Notes: generated by a model not told the origin, from the letters alone. Positions 1-19,964 are shown, numbered from the whole stretch's first letter. The stretch is 62,089 bases of DNA, filler included, from Collodictyon triciliatum (GCA_043381765.1; 4 parts of 4 records of this genome joined end to end with filler, not necessarily neighbours in it), one strand, 5' to 3'. Translations and numbers: made by a program.

Positions 1-100
<100 letters not shown>

Positions 101-101
101 C

Positions 102-1252
102 CTAAATGGAGTCTGTCTTCATTCAACTGGGTTATCCTGGATTTCAATTCGTGTTCATTTCCCTCAAATTCCTGCAACTTCCACGTACATTCTTTGATAA
201 TATCAGGGAGACTTATTACAAGACCCCGTAAGAAGCTGTATATCTTATCTAACATATGGGCGAGGTCTGAATCCTGTTCTTTAATCTGTTCAAATAAGAA
301 ACAATCCTTTAATTATGATTTCCTAGTGATAAAGAAGATATGATTTTTGTGTTATGGACGAAAAGGCTAACATGTTTAAAAACGTCCTGGAAAGCGTGGT
401 CATAGGCCTTTAACTCGAGCTGTATCGTTGCAGCGTGTGCAGTGTAGTAATCAGACCCATCCAATATAAGTTTTTCTCTTTTCTTTTGCGCATCTGCCAG
501 CATGGTTTCGAAGGTAGTTTTCCCCTAGTTAATAAAGCGTGAGTTTGTGGACATATATCCCATAGGAAAACTATCCCGAATGATGGAAGAATATACATGG
601 CTCTATTATTCATCGAATATGAATCTTAAGTTATCGCTTACCCGAACAAATGGCTTCGGGCCTTGGAATCTATCACTCATTGTTAATAGCATAGATACTG
701 TTTTATCGATGGGGAAATCATTCTTGTTTGCATCTTGGTCCGAAGCTTTCTATGAGATACAAGGTGTTAGTTACCTTTAAGTTGGTTGCTTATTTTTATT
801 TCATTCCTGGACACAAACCAGCATGCGGGCCAAGTTAGGGGGTATTTTGGACTCGTTTAATTTTAAAGATACTGGCGACGGTGTTTTCCTATGGTCCAGC
901 TGCCGTTTTGGTGTATTTCTTAAATTTCCCTGTAACAATATATGGTTTTTATTATAATTTAGCCAATGTAGGATTCAAGAAAAAAGTTAAATATTTTTTT
1001 GAGCCCCAACAAATTAAACCAAAAAAAAAAGAGAGAGAGGACATGATAATACAGGTAACAAGGATGCCTGCGACTTTGTCAGAAAGAATTGCCCTTAAAT
1101 CACTACCAAGGATGATGGGGACCTCTCATCTGCAATTGTGGCTGCTTGAGGTAGGTTCATGGGCGTGGACGGAGACGGGATTGCATTCCGCATATTGGGG
1201 TGAGAATGGTGGAGAGGCTCTAGTTCTTTCTTCAGAGACGGGTGCTGCATAA

Positions 1253-1343
<91 letters not shown>

Positions 1344-2355
1344 ATNNNNNNNNNNAAGATACAATAAAAGATACAATAAAAGATACAATAAAAGATACAA
1401 TAAAAGATACAATAAAAGATACAATAAAAGATACAATAAAAGATACAATAAAAGATACAATAAAAGATAGTAGAGAATGGTGATAAACACGCAACGAAAT
1501 CTTGGTTCAGACAAAAACAACAACGAAAAAGCACAGCCAATCAACATTATTTGCGCACAAACACAGGTCTCATACCCAAGGAGCATATGCCTCATTAATC
1601 AAGACACCGTTTGTGGCCTCAAGAGACGGGAGCGACATCGACAAAGCAACAGACGCAGCCACGGACGAGACAGACTTCCGAGCCTGCCTCTGCGGCGTCG
1701 AATCCTGGGGCTCCAACTCAGCCTGCACCTGGGCAGAGACATCGCCCACCAAAGCAGACTTTTTGCGGTCTGTGCGACTCTGCTCCACGTGCAGCGCGGA
1801 CTGCAGATGGGACCCCTGAGAAACAGAGCCATTGCGCTGCTTCCCTTTCCCCGCAGCAGAGTCGCTCAGACTCGTAGATTTGAGTGCAGCCAAAACCTCG
1901 GAATACGCCTGGGCGTCTGTGCACTCGCCATCGGGCTCTGCATCGTGCTCGAATCTCACGCCCGACCGCGGCTGCATCGTCTGCGCCAGCCTCATCTCCA
2001 TCTCTGCGTCCGGGTCAACCACGTCGCACCCGAGACTCCCGGCCCGGTACGGCCGCATCGGCGCAGACTTTGCCATGGTCAGGCCGAATGTCCCGCCGTA
2101 TTCGCGGTCCAGTGCGCGCGGATGGGCTCTGCCTTGTGTGGACGAGAAGGACCGGGGCGATGCTGCCCGCTGCGTGGTTTCCGTCCCGCTCGGCGAAGCC
2201 TCGGTGGTTGCCACGGTCACGGGCGGCGTCACAATGCCGCTTCCCATGTCGCTGCTTGTTGCCTGGGACTTTGCGTCTCGGCCAGAGGGGTCTGCTCGAA
2301 GGGACAGGCCCAGGTCTTCGCGGCGATGTTGTTGGTAGTTTGGCTGTTTGTACAT
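102..2355 (-). CDS. Partial multi-exon coiled-coil protein with long Ser/Thr-rich N-terminus; 3' end lies outside the window
   Basis: First exon 2355-1576 (MYKQPNY...AYAPW|gtatga), then GT-AG exons in phase: HPSLKKE, GNLRNTPK, KASDQDAN, GKTTFETMLADAQ...ELKAYDHAFQDVFKH, IKEQDSDLAHMLDKIY...RLHL. The ELKAYDHAFQ segment loosely resembles axonemal dynein light chain/AXDND1-type domains (unconfirmed). Confidence 0.55.
1250..1468. repeat. (AAAT)n followed by a 12-bp (AAAAGATACAAT)n minisatellite, intronic
   Basis: Tandem units visible on both sides of a 10-N gap. Confidence 0.9.
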
Positions 2356-2874
2356 AGGCGTGGGCTTCGCTCTGCTTTTTCTGTCTTTTTGGCTTCTTGT
2401 CTTGCTTTGCCTTTTCGTGGACCGGCTTCTTGTAAGGCAGAATCGGCGTTTCTGAGTGGGTGCGAACCTGAGCGAAGTATTGTGGTGATTTGAGTTTGTT
2501 TTGTTTTGTTTTGTTTTTCCTGGAGGCTTGTGAGCTTACAAGATTCTTATCGCTCGCCAATGAAAGATTGTTGAGACGGGCTAAACAGCAAGGATTTTTA
2601 GAATAAAAAAAAAAGGCTCTTTCCGCTCGCTGGGTTCATCTGTTCTGGCAGAGCTGATTGATCTTCGATTATTGCAATTATTTATCTTTTCCAGTAATGT
2701 AAAAACGGTATCAAATGTGGAATTTATAATGGCGGTGTCTTTTGCCGGTGACAGGTCACGTGACAGTTTCAAGTCCCGGCAGTTCAGTGTGTTCTTTTTT
2801 TACTTCAAATTTCTTTCATTATTTCCAGCTAATGCACGCAGGTCTGCTCATTCACAATTCAAGGCTCGTAGGGC

Positions 2875-4603
2875 ATGAAGATTGAAGGGAAGTTGGCCGT
2901 GGTTGGAGGAGGGTCGCAAGGATGCGGTCTTGGCATCGCCACCGAGCTGGCAAGAAAAGGTTGATGAATTCTTATTTATCTCATATATATATATACATTT
3001 TGACTACAAAACACACTAGCTGAGTTCTGCCGCTATCTTCTCTTGTTTCTCTTTTTTTTTTTTCTGCGCTCTTCAAAAAGGTGCTCGTCACGTTATCCTC
3101 CTCGCTCGAACAGAAAGTAAACTAGTGTGTGCGTGTGACGCAGTGAGCGTGGCAGCCAGGGAAGCTGGGATGGTGGGAATCTTTTGATTAGTTATTCTTA
3201 CTGCTCCAAACAACAGATCATATTCCTGAGCACACAAGAAAAACAAACGACACTCTACGCAAACAATACATGCCTCGCAATCCAGATTAAATTATCGATT
3301 CCACTCAGAAAACTACAGTCTCTTTTTATTCGGTTGATCTTACACAATATGAAGAAGTCTCTCGTATCGCAGCAAATGTTATCGAAAAGCATGGAATACC
3401 AGACATTATCGTCAGCAGGTGCACACCACATACTATCAGAAGGACGTTTTATCATGTTATACAGACATAGTTGGATGTCCTAGAGGGATGTATGAATAAT
3501 TTCAACTATGTACCTGCATATCTGCAAAAGAGGTACTCATTTGATTACATTTCCTGCTCAACCAAAACCCATGGTGGTTGTCTCTAGCTCTTGCCATGGA
3601 TTGTTCCAGTCCATAGAAGAACTAGAGCCGAGAGAAGCATCTCTGAGCATGAACGCGACTTATTTGGCTGCTTTTCACCTAACCCACGTGTTTGCTCGCT
3701 CCATGATTGGGCGTAATTCAGGATACCTTATCTATGTTGGGTGAATCCATTCACTTACATGACTCTTTTACCCCAAGCTCTCTGATTAACTCACATACAC
3801 GGAGAATTTCGTTAAAGATATGACCTTTTGATTATTTTTTTGAACTAGTCATATAAGTTTTCAATATTATTTTGCGTGCCTTGAATGCATTGTCTAAGTC
3901 TAAAATGAATTAAATAAATCAAAAACATAGCTCCCCAGCTCGATTTGCTCGTTTCTTTGCCACGACCTATGTTGCATCGCGTCGTGCCCTTCATGGGTTC
4001 GTGGAAGCGCTTCGGGCAGATTTATTTGACACCAGACTACGAGTGATGTATGTTGAGCCACTTCGGTTGGTGGATTCAGGGTACTTTGAAAACAATCCAG
4101 GAAGTCTGGTATGACCGGAAAAAATGGACCGGCTATTTTCTCTTCTGCTATCTTATTTTGTTCGACTGTCTCACATTTTTATTTATGATTTATTTGTTAA
4201 TTTATTGCAAAAACTGTACACAATAATTTATGTGGGAAAACTGTCTCGCAGATTCATGCCTGATAGCCATTTACATTATATATGCTAAAGAATCGTCCTT
4301 TTCCTTTCTTTCAATTTCTTAAAATAAAACAAGGAACGTCTCCCCTTCTTCTATCGCTACGAACTTCCTCTTCTATCCCAAAGCATCCGCGATGTGGGTT
4401 CTGGGGTAGTTTCTGGAATAGAAAGGAACAAGTCCGAATATATCCCGTGGGTTGGGCGAGTTGTCTCGTTTATCTACCCAATTCTTGGACCACTTGTGGA
4501 CTTTGTTTCTCGCCGAGGGATGTTGCCATTCCATCAAGGTGGCCCAATATCCGGAAGCAGAAAGCAAGTGTATATCCAAACACATAAGGCGAACTGGTCA
4601 TAA
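2875..4603 (+). CDS. Short-chain dehydrogenase/reductase (SDR), 6 exons
   Basis: MKIEGKLAVVGGGSQGCGLGIATELARKG (Rossmann GxxxGxG), VILLART, SVDLT, GIPDIIV, catalytic segment GSPARF...TYVASRRALHGFVEALRADL; all introns GT-AG and in phase; TAA at 4601-4603. Confidence 0.85.
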
Positions 4604-4807
4604 AACAATCCTCGCACACAATAGGGATTACCTTATATCAGCTTTTAATTATTATCTGGAGCGATTCAAGTAGACATTTTATGTGGCAAATGATTGAGAG
4701 GAAGATATTGAGTTCAGAATGGAGTTTACTGCTTAATTTATTTGCATGGTATGGGGTGGAGTAAAGTGTGGTTCGTGTGTTATTTTATTTGTGGATATTT
4801 TCAATGC

Positions 4808-11227
<6,420 letters not shown>

Positions 11228-12024
11228 CGCCCCTTATCAGTTTCTGCAACCGAAGAAATAATTGACTCGTTTTCTAAGAGCATTATCTTTTCTTTTGGAA
11301 CCTCTCTCGCTCCCTCAAAAAAAGGCTGCCCTGCTGTATCTATGTTTCTTTGCTGGCCCGTGAAGCTCTCGAGTGGATGCGTTGACTACCTCGTTATCCA
11401 ATCCCTTTGGCGTGGGGTTGAGTTGGGAAATGAGTTGGTAGCGAAAAAGAAAAAGCGATCAGGTTGTCACTGGCGGAAGAATTGTCGAACAAGAAAACGA
11501 AATTCGAATTGGGGCATGAACCGTTTTACTCAAATGCGGAATAAATAATATTTAGTTTATATTATATATTTATAATCAAAAATCGTGTAATAATTTAATG
11601 AGTATATATTTAAATATATATATATACTATAGCTCTTCACTATTACATAATTGGCCCTATTCGTATCTTTTTTTCAGAAAGATTCGTTGACCCGGTCGCC
11701 TCGGCCATTTGACAACCGATACATTTTCGATCCAAAAAAAGGCGCACGAAACACACTCAAAGGAGAACTTGCGCGGTTTTTTTCCCGCATACAAAATTTT
11801 CTGGTTGGCCGCAATTCACTCAATCGGTTAAATACAAGCAATGAGTGACTCGCACACTTGCTTGAGGTTTGCACAAGTCACACAAGCTCCCAAGGAATCT
11901 AACCACTTGAAAAACAAAAGACTCAAGACAAAGCCTCGGTGAAAAGTCAAGTGTTGTGTTCGTTCAAAGTCTAACAATTCATTGGTCAATAACTGCCGTA
12001 CAGATCCAAACCCTCTCCACAAGC

Positions 12025-12682
12025 ATGTCGACCAAGCCCGAGAAGTGTGCCACCTGCGAAAAGGTTGGCCCCAGCATGAATGGTTGAATCCCGCTCACTC
12101 ACTCGCTTGTGACCTGCCAACTTGATGTTGTATTTGAACCCGGACCTTTGCCTTCTATCGCTCTCTGTATTTAAAGTTAGAAAAGAGGCAGACGGTTGTG
12201 TTCCCTTGTTTGATCATAAGGCTGCACAATCCCTACCTTGCCTTGCCTTGCCTCGCCTCGCCTATGTCTTTTTTTTATATGTTTATTTTGTATATTATTC
12301 TGTTCAGTAAACTGCTTGTGGCAAACTCGATCGCATGACGGCTTATCGCGAATAGCATTCAGACAAAAATATACAGCCAAAAAAACAAAAAAACATCAAC
12401 AACAAAAGCTCCGCACTTACTGAAAACTTTCTTTCGCTTGTCGGCCAGACTGTGTACGTGACTGAGAAGATCACAGCAGATGGCACCGTCTACCACAAGG
12501 CCTGCTTCAAGTGCCTGCACTGCAATGGTACTCTGACGCTCAGCAACTTTGCGGCCATGAACGGCAAGACGTACTGCAAGCCTCACTTCAAGCAGCTTTT
12601 CAAGATGGAAGGGAAATACAACTTTGCTGGAAAGGAAGGAGCCGCTCCTGCTGGCGAGGAGACACTCGCAGAGTCTTCGTAA
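12025..12682 (+). CDS. Small single-LIM-domain protein (LIMD2/CRP-like), 2 exons
   Basis: MSTKPEKCATCEK|TVYVTEKITADGTVYHKACFKCLHCNGTLTLSNFAAMNGKTYCKPHFKQLF: complete C-x2-C...H-x2-C-x2-C-x2-C...C-x2-H LIM pattern. Confidence 0.92.
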
Positions 12683-13263
12683 ATCCTGTTCTTTCCTTCT
12701 TTATTGTTCTGTTTCTGCCTGGGTCTGACTCCTGCTATTTCCCTCTTGTTCCAAGAGAGGGTTCTATGCGGTTTATCATTTGCCCGTCATTTTCTCTCCT
12801 TTCCCTTCTGTCTCTTGTCTGGCCTGCTTCGTCAGTTGGTTCTCTGCGACTGACAGCAGCCCTTTTCTTGCCCGTCGAATGCAATCTCGTGTCCGTGTTT
12901 GTTTGGATCTTATTGACTACGACAGATCCAACCAAGAGCCATAAAAAGATTATAATTGCGATACCAAGATGTTTATTGCTCCATGGATACGGGGCTGGAG
13001 TGCTTCGCCCACTCCTAGCGAAATCACAGAATATGTTTCGAACTGGCGTTCCAGCCAAGCGTATCCCAGTCTTGTATTTGCGTTTTTTTCTTCTTCGTAT
13101 TTTAAATAGGATGGTAGAGTTTTCAGTTTGAGTGGCGATGATGTATTTGTTGAGCTAAACTTTATGATTATTTATTTTTTAAAAACACTTCTTTTTTTTT
13201 TTTTTTTAATGCTGTTGTGCGGGAATCCGAAGAGATTGTGTGATGGCCCAATGGAATCATTCA

Positions 13264-16200
13264 TCACGTCCGGAACTTAAAGACGAATATGTCCCCATCT
13301 TGACTCTTGTAGTCACCTTTTTCATAGCGCACGTGACAATCTTTTGTCCTCCCTTCGTGCTTCAGATATTCGTCGAAGGATATTGTCTATATGTGCCAGA
13401 AATACCAGAGGGGTTAGTGCAGTGCACAGAGGCTTTCTTTGGTCATTGGCAAATATGATATATATGAATTCCGAGGTCTGGGATGTGGGATTCCTCGGAT
13501 GCTAACCTCTGCTCCAAGAAAGCCCTTTTCAAAATCAGAATGGATTTCACCGGCACATTCAGATGCCGTGCTGTCTTCATGAACACACCATGCCCGAGCC
13601 TCTGCAGGGCAACATTCATATGATTAATGACACAGTCACAAAAGGAGGCTATATCCAAACGTTCGAAGCCAAGGCCTTCTTCGGTTGTTAAGTGCATATA
13701 GTGATTTGGTATCTGTACCTTTTGGTCCAACGGTGTAAAAGACTTTCAGATGCAGAAGACTGTATACTGTTGATACAATTTTTTGGAGGCTGTGTTGCTA
13801 CGGGCAATTTTGTAACATTTTGGTTATGGTTTCTAAAGACGTTTATATTATGCTATCTACATTTATTGTATTTTACTAGCAAGAGAATCGAATAAAGAAA
13901 AAATTACTATGAAGAAGTTACCTTGATACCAAGGTCACTCATTAATTCTTGTTTAAGCTTTTCATCGTCCAGGAGTGATATCTATTTTTTGACACCGAAA
14001 TGTAACGTGAAGGTGAACTCTGATTGATTTATCATTTCTACTCTGATTTACCTCCTCTTCGGATGATGCGCAAACGATGATTGGTTCCGGTGCTTTTCTT
14101 TCTTTTTTAAGCCATTGTGTCAGTTCCTATATGAGAATAATGCGAAAAGATAATGAAACGAAAAAGGAGAAAAAAAGAAGAAAAAGTAGAACTGTCTTGG
14201 ACTAATTTTGGTGTTCATAACTGACAGGGTAAATACGCTATATTGTTTTGGGATATGTTAAAGGGAAGAAAAAAAAGGTACATAGTCGGGATACCTTTGT
14301 GTACTCATTTCCGTCGATTCCATTATCATCAACATTACACGCATATATAATTGGTTTGGCAGTTAAGAGTCGAAGGTCTTTAATGGCGAGCCACTCCTCA
14401 TCGGTGAACTGCATTTCACTGACAAGCTTTCCTTTCTCCAATTCTAAATTCGAGTTTACATACACGAGAAAAAACATTAGAGAAACAAACAAACAAACAA
14501 ACAAACAAACAAACAAACAAACAAACAAACAAACAAACAAACAAACAAACAAACAAACAATAAATTTTAGAATTATATGTATTTCCCCCGATTTATGAAA
14601 GCGATATAAAACAGAATAATACCTTTGAGCGTGCGTGTGGCGGTATTGAGTTGTGCAACCCTCTCAGGAGTCTTTGCCGACTAATCACGATTTCAAGAAG
14701 TGTTTGGGTAGCACAATATGGATAACGTTGAATAAACTTACCGAATTATCATTAAAATTATATCAACATCAATCACCTTTTTGCTCAAGTTCGCGATCAA
14801 TTTTTCCATAGAAGCCATGTCTGCAAGCTTCAGTTCATCCTCAATTGTACACGCATCCCGTATTGGATTAATCTGTATTCGCATTTAGTTTGATTTTTTC
14901 CCCCGTAATCATGTCCCAGACAAGTCCACAAAAATACTTTTTCTACAGGAGGGCGAATTACGAAGTGCATCATGACTATGATGTAATGAGTAATTTAACA
15001 GATTCTTTGCGCACTTCTTCGGCAAAAAGACTTATCTATCATACCTTATCGTCAATAACATGGGTTACATCGGACCTCTCGAAGCATCTCAACAAATGAA
15101 GGATAGTAGACACATCGCGAATGTTGGAGAGAAATTGATTTCCCATGCCTTGCTTTATAAAAATAGATTATTTTTTTTCCTTTATTCGATTCAAAGTGAT
15201 AAAAATAGATTATATCATAAATAAAAAAAAGAAAAAGGAGAGCGAATCCATGAGGCCCGCTGCTTGAAGTTTGTAAGACAAAGCGAAAAAAAAGAAGTCT
15301 GAAGCGATTACATATCGTTTGGTGGTTATTCTAGTCAGTTAAATAAGGGCATGCCTTCTCCTTTGCTGGCACCTGGAACAAGTCCTGCAATATCAATGAA
15401 TTCCTAGCATAATGCCTTTTTTAAAAAAATGATTTGTTTTGATATTCACAATATTAGTCACAGAAGTAAAACAATAAGAAAAGACAAAAAAGGATATTGA
15501 TAACCAAATAAAGATTGGATGGTACCATATATGCGGGGATAGTCTTGCTTGAGTTTGCCAGTGTTGCAAGTTTATCTAGACGTGAGTCGGGAACAGCAAC
15601 CTATTGATTAAATTTCAGCAATTTATGTGATGGGATGCCATTTTTACTACCAAGATATCAAATATACATTGTTTAACCATTTGATTGCACAATAGTTTTT
15701 TCCGGACACATGAAGATTGATCATATAACTAGCAAGTGAGAATAAGACTACTTTCACAACATTTGGATCTATCGTACAAAAGGGATAGTTTGCGGTATGA
15801 GCAATCTAATCATTAATTATGTTTGTGGATAAGCAAGGTAATTTCCGGGCTGATATAGCACTCTATATGAAGCAAAATGGCTACATGATACTCATGAATG
15901 TGATATGATAAATGATGATGTTGTGTGAAGGTGAAAAAAGAGGGTATAGAATAAGCATCCATAAAACCATTTGAATCGAATAAAGGAAAAAAAGTATCCA
16001 TAAAACCACAGACGAACTCGATGGCAACCTTAGATTTTGCTAGGGCATTGAACAGTGTCGATTTTCCAACATTAGGCAAACCTTCCCGTAGTATTATATG
16101 TTATGTCGATATTAATGCCAAAGGATATTCGCCAGAAATAAATATACTAGTAAATAAAACATAAGTAGATAAAGATAAATGAGAACGAAAAGTCAGACAT

Positions 16201-16366
16201 CTGAGCCTACATATTAGCTACGTTGATTATAAAAATGAGGAAGATTCTGACCAACAATTCCGCTGCCTCTACTCAAGCTCTTTGCTGGTTGATGCACAAA
16301 GCGCACGAGGTTACACCGGAGCCGAATAGGCAGACTGTTTGCCGGAGTTCTGAAGAATCGATACAT
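13264..16366 (-). CDS. ychF: YchF/OLA1-family Obg-like ATPase with presequence-like N-terminus (probably mitochondrial)
   Basis: [99 protein letters not shown]; Arg-rich acid-free N-terminus [17 protein letters not shown]; ends TGA TGA. Confidence 0.92.
13873..13915 (+). mobile_element. 19-bp degenerate family A insertion
   Basis: TTACTAGCAAGA and TTACTATGAAGA flank GAATCGAATAAAGAAAAAA. Confidence 0.55.
14483..14560. repeat. (AAAC)n microsatellite
   Basis: Tandem run in a ychF intron; the same motif recurs at about 24737-24830 and 29507-29559. Confidence 0.95.
15157..15213 (-). mobile_element. 27-bp family A insertion with perfect 15-bp TSD
   Basis: ATAAAAATAGATTAT at 15157-15171 and 15199-15213 flank the reverse complement of CACTTTGAATCGAATAAAGG-An. 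Confidence 0.8.
15953..16008 (+). mobile_element. 22-bp family A insertion with 17-bp TSD
   Basis: AAGCATCCATAAAACCA and AAGTATCCATAAAACCA flank TTTGAATCGAATAAAGGAAAAA. Confidence 0.75.
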
Positions 16367-18105
16367 GCTCTATTCGAAGAAGAAAACTGAAGGGAATGCC
16401 ATATTTTTGTGCGTAAATCAGAGTAACTCATTAAGCAGTCAGCGAAACAAACACATCAAACTCGCCCCTTCTTCGTGTGTGCGTCTTTTTTGTTCTCGCC
16501 AGCCCCACGTTTCATCCACAGCGCGTGAAGTGGTCGAGCCAGTTGAATTAATTTTTTTCCACAAGTGGATAATAAACAGACTTTGGATTTTGAGCTGAAT
16601 GAAATTCTTTATGTGGACTTACCATTCAAGGACAACATATTTTTTCTTGCCTTCAATCGGCCGTCCCGAAAAAATCGACATTCAGATGATTCCAGTAGGA
16701 AACATGTCTTTATCAAAAAGGGTTACAAAGTTTTCCTAATGCAGACCATGACTATTTCATAGCGCAGACATTACTCATATTTTTTTTTCTTGGTTCTGCC
16801 TTGAACAACCCCCTCGTTTCTCGTCGCTGCTCGGCCTAATAAAATGTAACACTGATTTCTTGCAAGACACATAGCTCATTCCATTGTGGTCGCTTGGGAG
16901 ACTCGTGGCCTTTGCGCAATGTCTTTCGTGAAGGTTGTCTGGCAGATGATGCCCGGAGGATTTGGTTTGCTGTATAGAGCAGAGGTCAAATTACATCGCG
17001 GCGCACAGGGGGAATCGATTGGTATAATTTGGGCATTAGGTTATTCGTGCTTGGGGAAATCCTGGTGAGCCTGTGATTGCCCATAGCGAGGCACGGGCAA
17101 GAAGGTTACACACTTCCTTTGTGGAAAATACAGTATGTTCCAGAAATGTAAAATCCATAATAGGAGACACCGCGAGGCTTCCATGAAGTGTGGTGCAGAG
17201 GACGGAATCGGGATGCTGTGCCGAGGCCGACCGGATTCGGTCATAAACCACCCACAACTCGAATTCAAAGGTGTTTTCTATTTGCTTGGCGTTGTTGTTT
17301 TTTTTTATTATTATTATTATTTTCCGTTCATTCCGCCCAGTCCACGCGCTTTCTTGAGCCTTGCGGGATTGGTGAATGTGGTCGATGATGGCCTTTATTT
17401 GTTGAATCTCAAGAAAATTTCCCTCCAAAAAAAGACCAATTCCGCCCAAGTAAATAGGAAATCAATGTATCCACCAATCGACATCAACCCTCGACCCAGA
17501 GAAAGAGAAATGAGAAAGAGAAAGGCGAAAGAGAAAGAGAAAGGCGAAAGGCGAAAGGTAAAAGAAAAATGTGAAAGTAAAGCAGAGGGCGAAGAAAAAA
17601 AACATTTCACATTTTCAAATCCTTTGATGAGGACAAAAACATATCCAAATACGGCTTTTTGACACGAACACACCGACACAACCACAATCACGACACAAAA
17701 AAACAGAATATAGCCAACTTGTTGCAATTCGTAATTACTTTTTGTTTCCGTGTGGAATCTCGAACGTCTTGCTCAAACATCAGCCACCTAAAGAAAACTT
17801 CAATATTTACTTACCTTCACTCATCGCCTTTGTGTTTCGTTTTATATTGGCTTGATTGATGACCAAACACAACCACAGTTACAAACACCCCATTCACAAA
17901 TACTGGCGCTGGGATGAAACACATATGTGTATCAAAGAGACTGTATGTCCTGTGTGCTCGACCGCTCCTCTCTAAAAAAAAAAAATAGCATCCACTGCGC
18001 GGGGTTGTGCCATAGTCCAACCACTTTCGCAATCGCAACCGAATCCTCGATTTTGTTTTGCTCTTCGACTCATGCATCACCCAAACAGTTTCAGACCAAA
18101 AGGAC

Positions 18106-18997
18106 ATGGCCTCCCTCCACTTGGAGACAGAGATGCCAACCTACGAGCAAACACAAGTACAAGAGCAGGAGCAAACTGAAGAACAAGCACAGGCTCCAGG
18201 GCAAAAAGCGGTCAAGGTCAAGGCCAAGCGAAAGCGCGACATTCCCCGCGTTTGGACTCCGGATGAAGACGAACGGCTGCGCTTGGCTGTCAGCGTCCAC
18301 GGCACGAGTCGATGGAAACGCATCTCCTTGGATGTTGGTAGACGCACTGGAGACCAATGTTGCCAGCGCTGGATGCGAGCTCTCAGGTAACAGCCCCATA
18401 TACCACCTATCATCTATCATTTATCATCTATCATTATCGTTCTCTATCGGTTGTCACTTACCGCCACCCATCATCGCGTATCACTACAGCCCCGCCATCA
18501 AAAAGGGCCGATGGACACCAGACGAAGACGCACTACTCTATTCGCGCATCCGCGTCCTGGGCGAGGGCTGCTGGCAGACAATTTCCACAGGCATCCCCGG
18601 CCGGACTGACATCCAATGCCGCTCCAGATGGCTCAAGACTGTCCGCAAGCGCGTCATTGCCGGACTCAGCATCCCCGCCCCGGCACACAATATGCATACG
18701 CACCCGAGCACAAGCTCAAGCTCAAACACACACACAGACACTCAGTCGAGCACTAGCACAAGCACGAGCACAATCACAGCGGGAGTCACATACCCAACCA
18801 CCGGTGGGAATGTGAATGGGAATGTAAATGTAAATGTAAATATAGATGTAAGTACAAATGGTGCGCACAACCATATTCTCCCTACTCTCGCAATTGTTGC
18901 GCAAGCTATGTGCCCTTCGCAACTACCCAAGAAACATTCTATTGGTACCCCAGCTCCGTCCTTGAACAAAATGTCACTTTCTTTTCTCCTTTCATAA
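18106..18997 (+). CDS. R2R3-type Myb transcription factor, 2 exons
   Basis: WTPDEDERLRLAVSVHGTSRWKRISLDVGRRTGDQCCQRWMRALS|PAIKKGRWTPDEDALLYSRIRVLGEGCWQTISTGIPGRTDIQCRSRW; GT-AG intron of about 100 nt. Confidence 0.92.
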
Positions 18998-19587
18998 TCA
19001 AGTTAGCCTTTCTGGTTCCATGCAATGACTCTCACTCTCATCATTGCTTCCTGCCACCGTCCTCCTCATTTTCGCTCTTGTTGGTTATCTGGTAAATCAC
19101 GAGACGAGATCCATCCTGTGTCTTGGACTAGCACTCGACATGAGTTTGAGTATTCTTGGTACGCACAGAATCGCGTTGCCTTGCTTCTTGCCTGGACTTT
19201 TCGATGCTTCTTTTGATCTTTTTCTTTCCTTTTCTCTCTCTCTCTATTAACGAACCGAGGGCCTCCTTCACACTTTTGCTCCATAAATTCTCAAGACCCG
19301 TCAACAACCCCTTCAACAGGGTCTTTGGGTGGAATTTCCTTTTCCTACCAAAACAATATATTGCTGCCAGACTCGTAGCCAGGGTGCCGCATTATCATAT
19401 TTGATTCTGTGGGTTTATTTCTGCTGAGAGACAAAGAGGAATGAAAAGAAAAAACGTGTTCATTATAGATATTGAATCAAAAAAAAAAAAAAAAAAAAAA
19501 GAAAAAAGGGGGGGGGGGGAGGGAAAAAAAAAGGAGAGGAGGGNNNNNNNNNNNNNNNNNNNNNNNNNNNNNNNNNNNNNNNNNNNN

Positions 19588-19599
19588 TTAATTAATTAA
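19588..19599. other. Artificial scaffold-joining spacer TTAATTAATTAA inside Ns
   Basis: Identical six-frame-stop 12-mer embedded in similar-length N runs at three places. Confidence 0.9.
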
Positions 19600-19643
19600 N
19601 NNNNNNNNNNNNNNNNNNNNNNNNNNNNNNNNNNNNNNNNNNN

Positions 19644-19719
<76 letters not shown>

Positions 19720-19964
19720 AGAGAAAGGGGGAGGGAGAGAGGGAAAAAAAAGGGAGAGGAGCGGAAGAAAAAGGAATAAAAATTGAAAACGACACGACGC
19801 ACGCGACATACAACAAGTCTTCGAATGAATGAGGTAAAGAAGGCATGAGGGATGCCACCAATCACAGGACTAGGATATATTTTTCTCTGCTCTATGCGCT
19901 TCATTTTTTCTGTTTTTCGCCAACGCAAAGAAGCTATCCTATTACAACATCGAGTTAGAGACCT

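Noticed and set aside
1477-2493. 338-aa plus-strand ORF
   Set aside because: Antisense shadow of the GC-rich first exon of the minus-strand gene; no recognisable motifs.
13261-13266. Genome-wide UGA=Trp reassignment
   Set aside because: ychF ends in TGA TGA right after its conserved C-terminus, and conserved Trp residues in the kinase, Brr2, Myb and anoctamin use TGG.
16800-17730. ORFs between ychF and Myb, including a minus-strand frame with an internal TGA
   Set aside because: No recognisable protein similarity or consistent splice structure.
19544-19643. TTAATTAATTAA repeated three times in the window as a possible biological motif
   Set aside because: Always embedded in N runs of similar length; it is a standard contig-joining linker.
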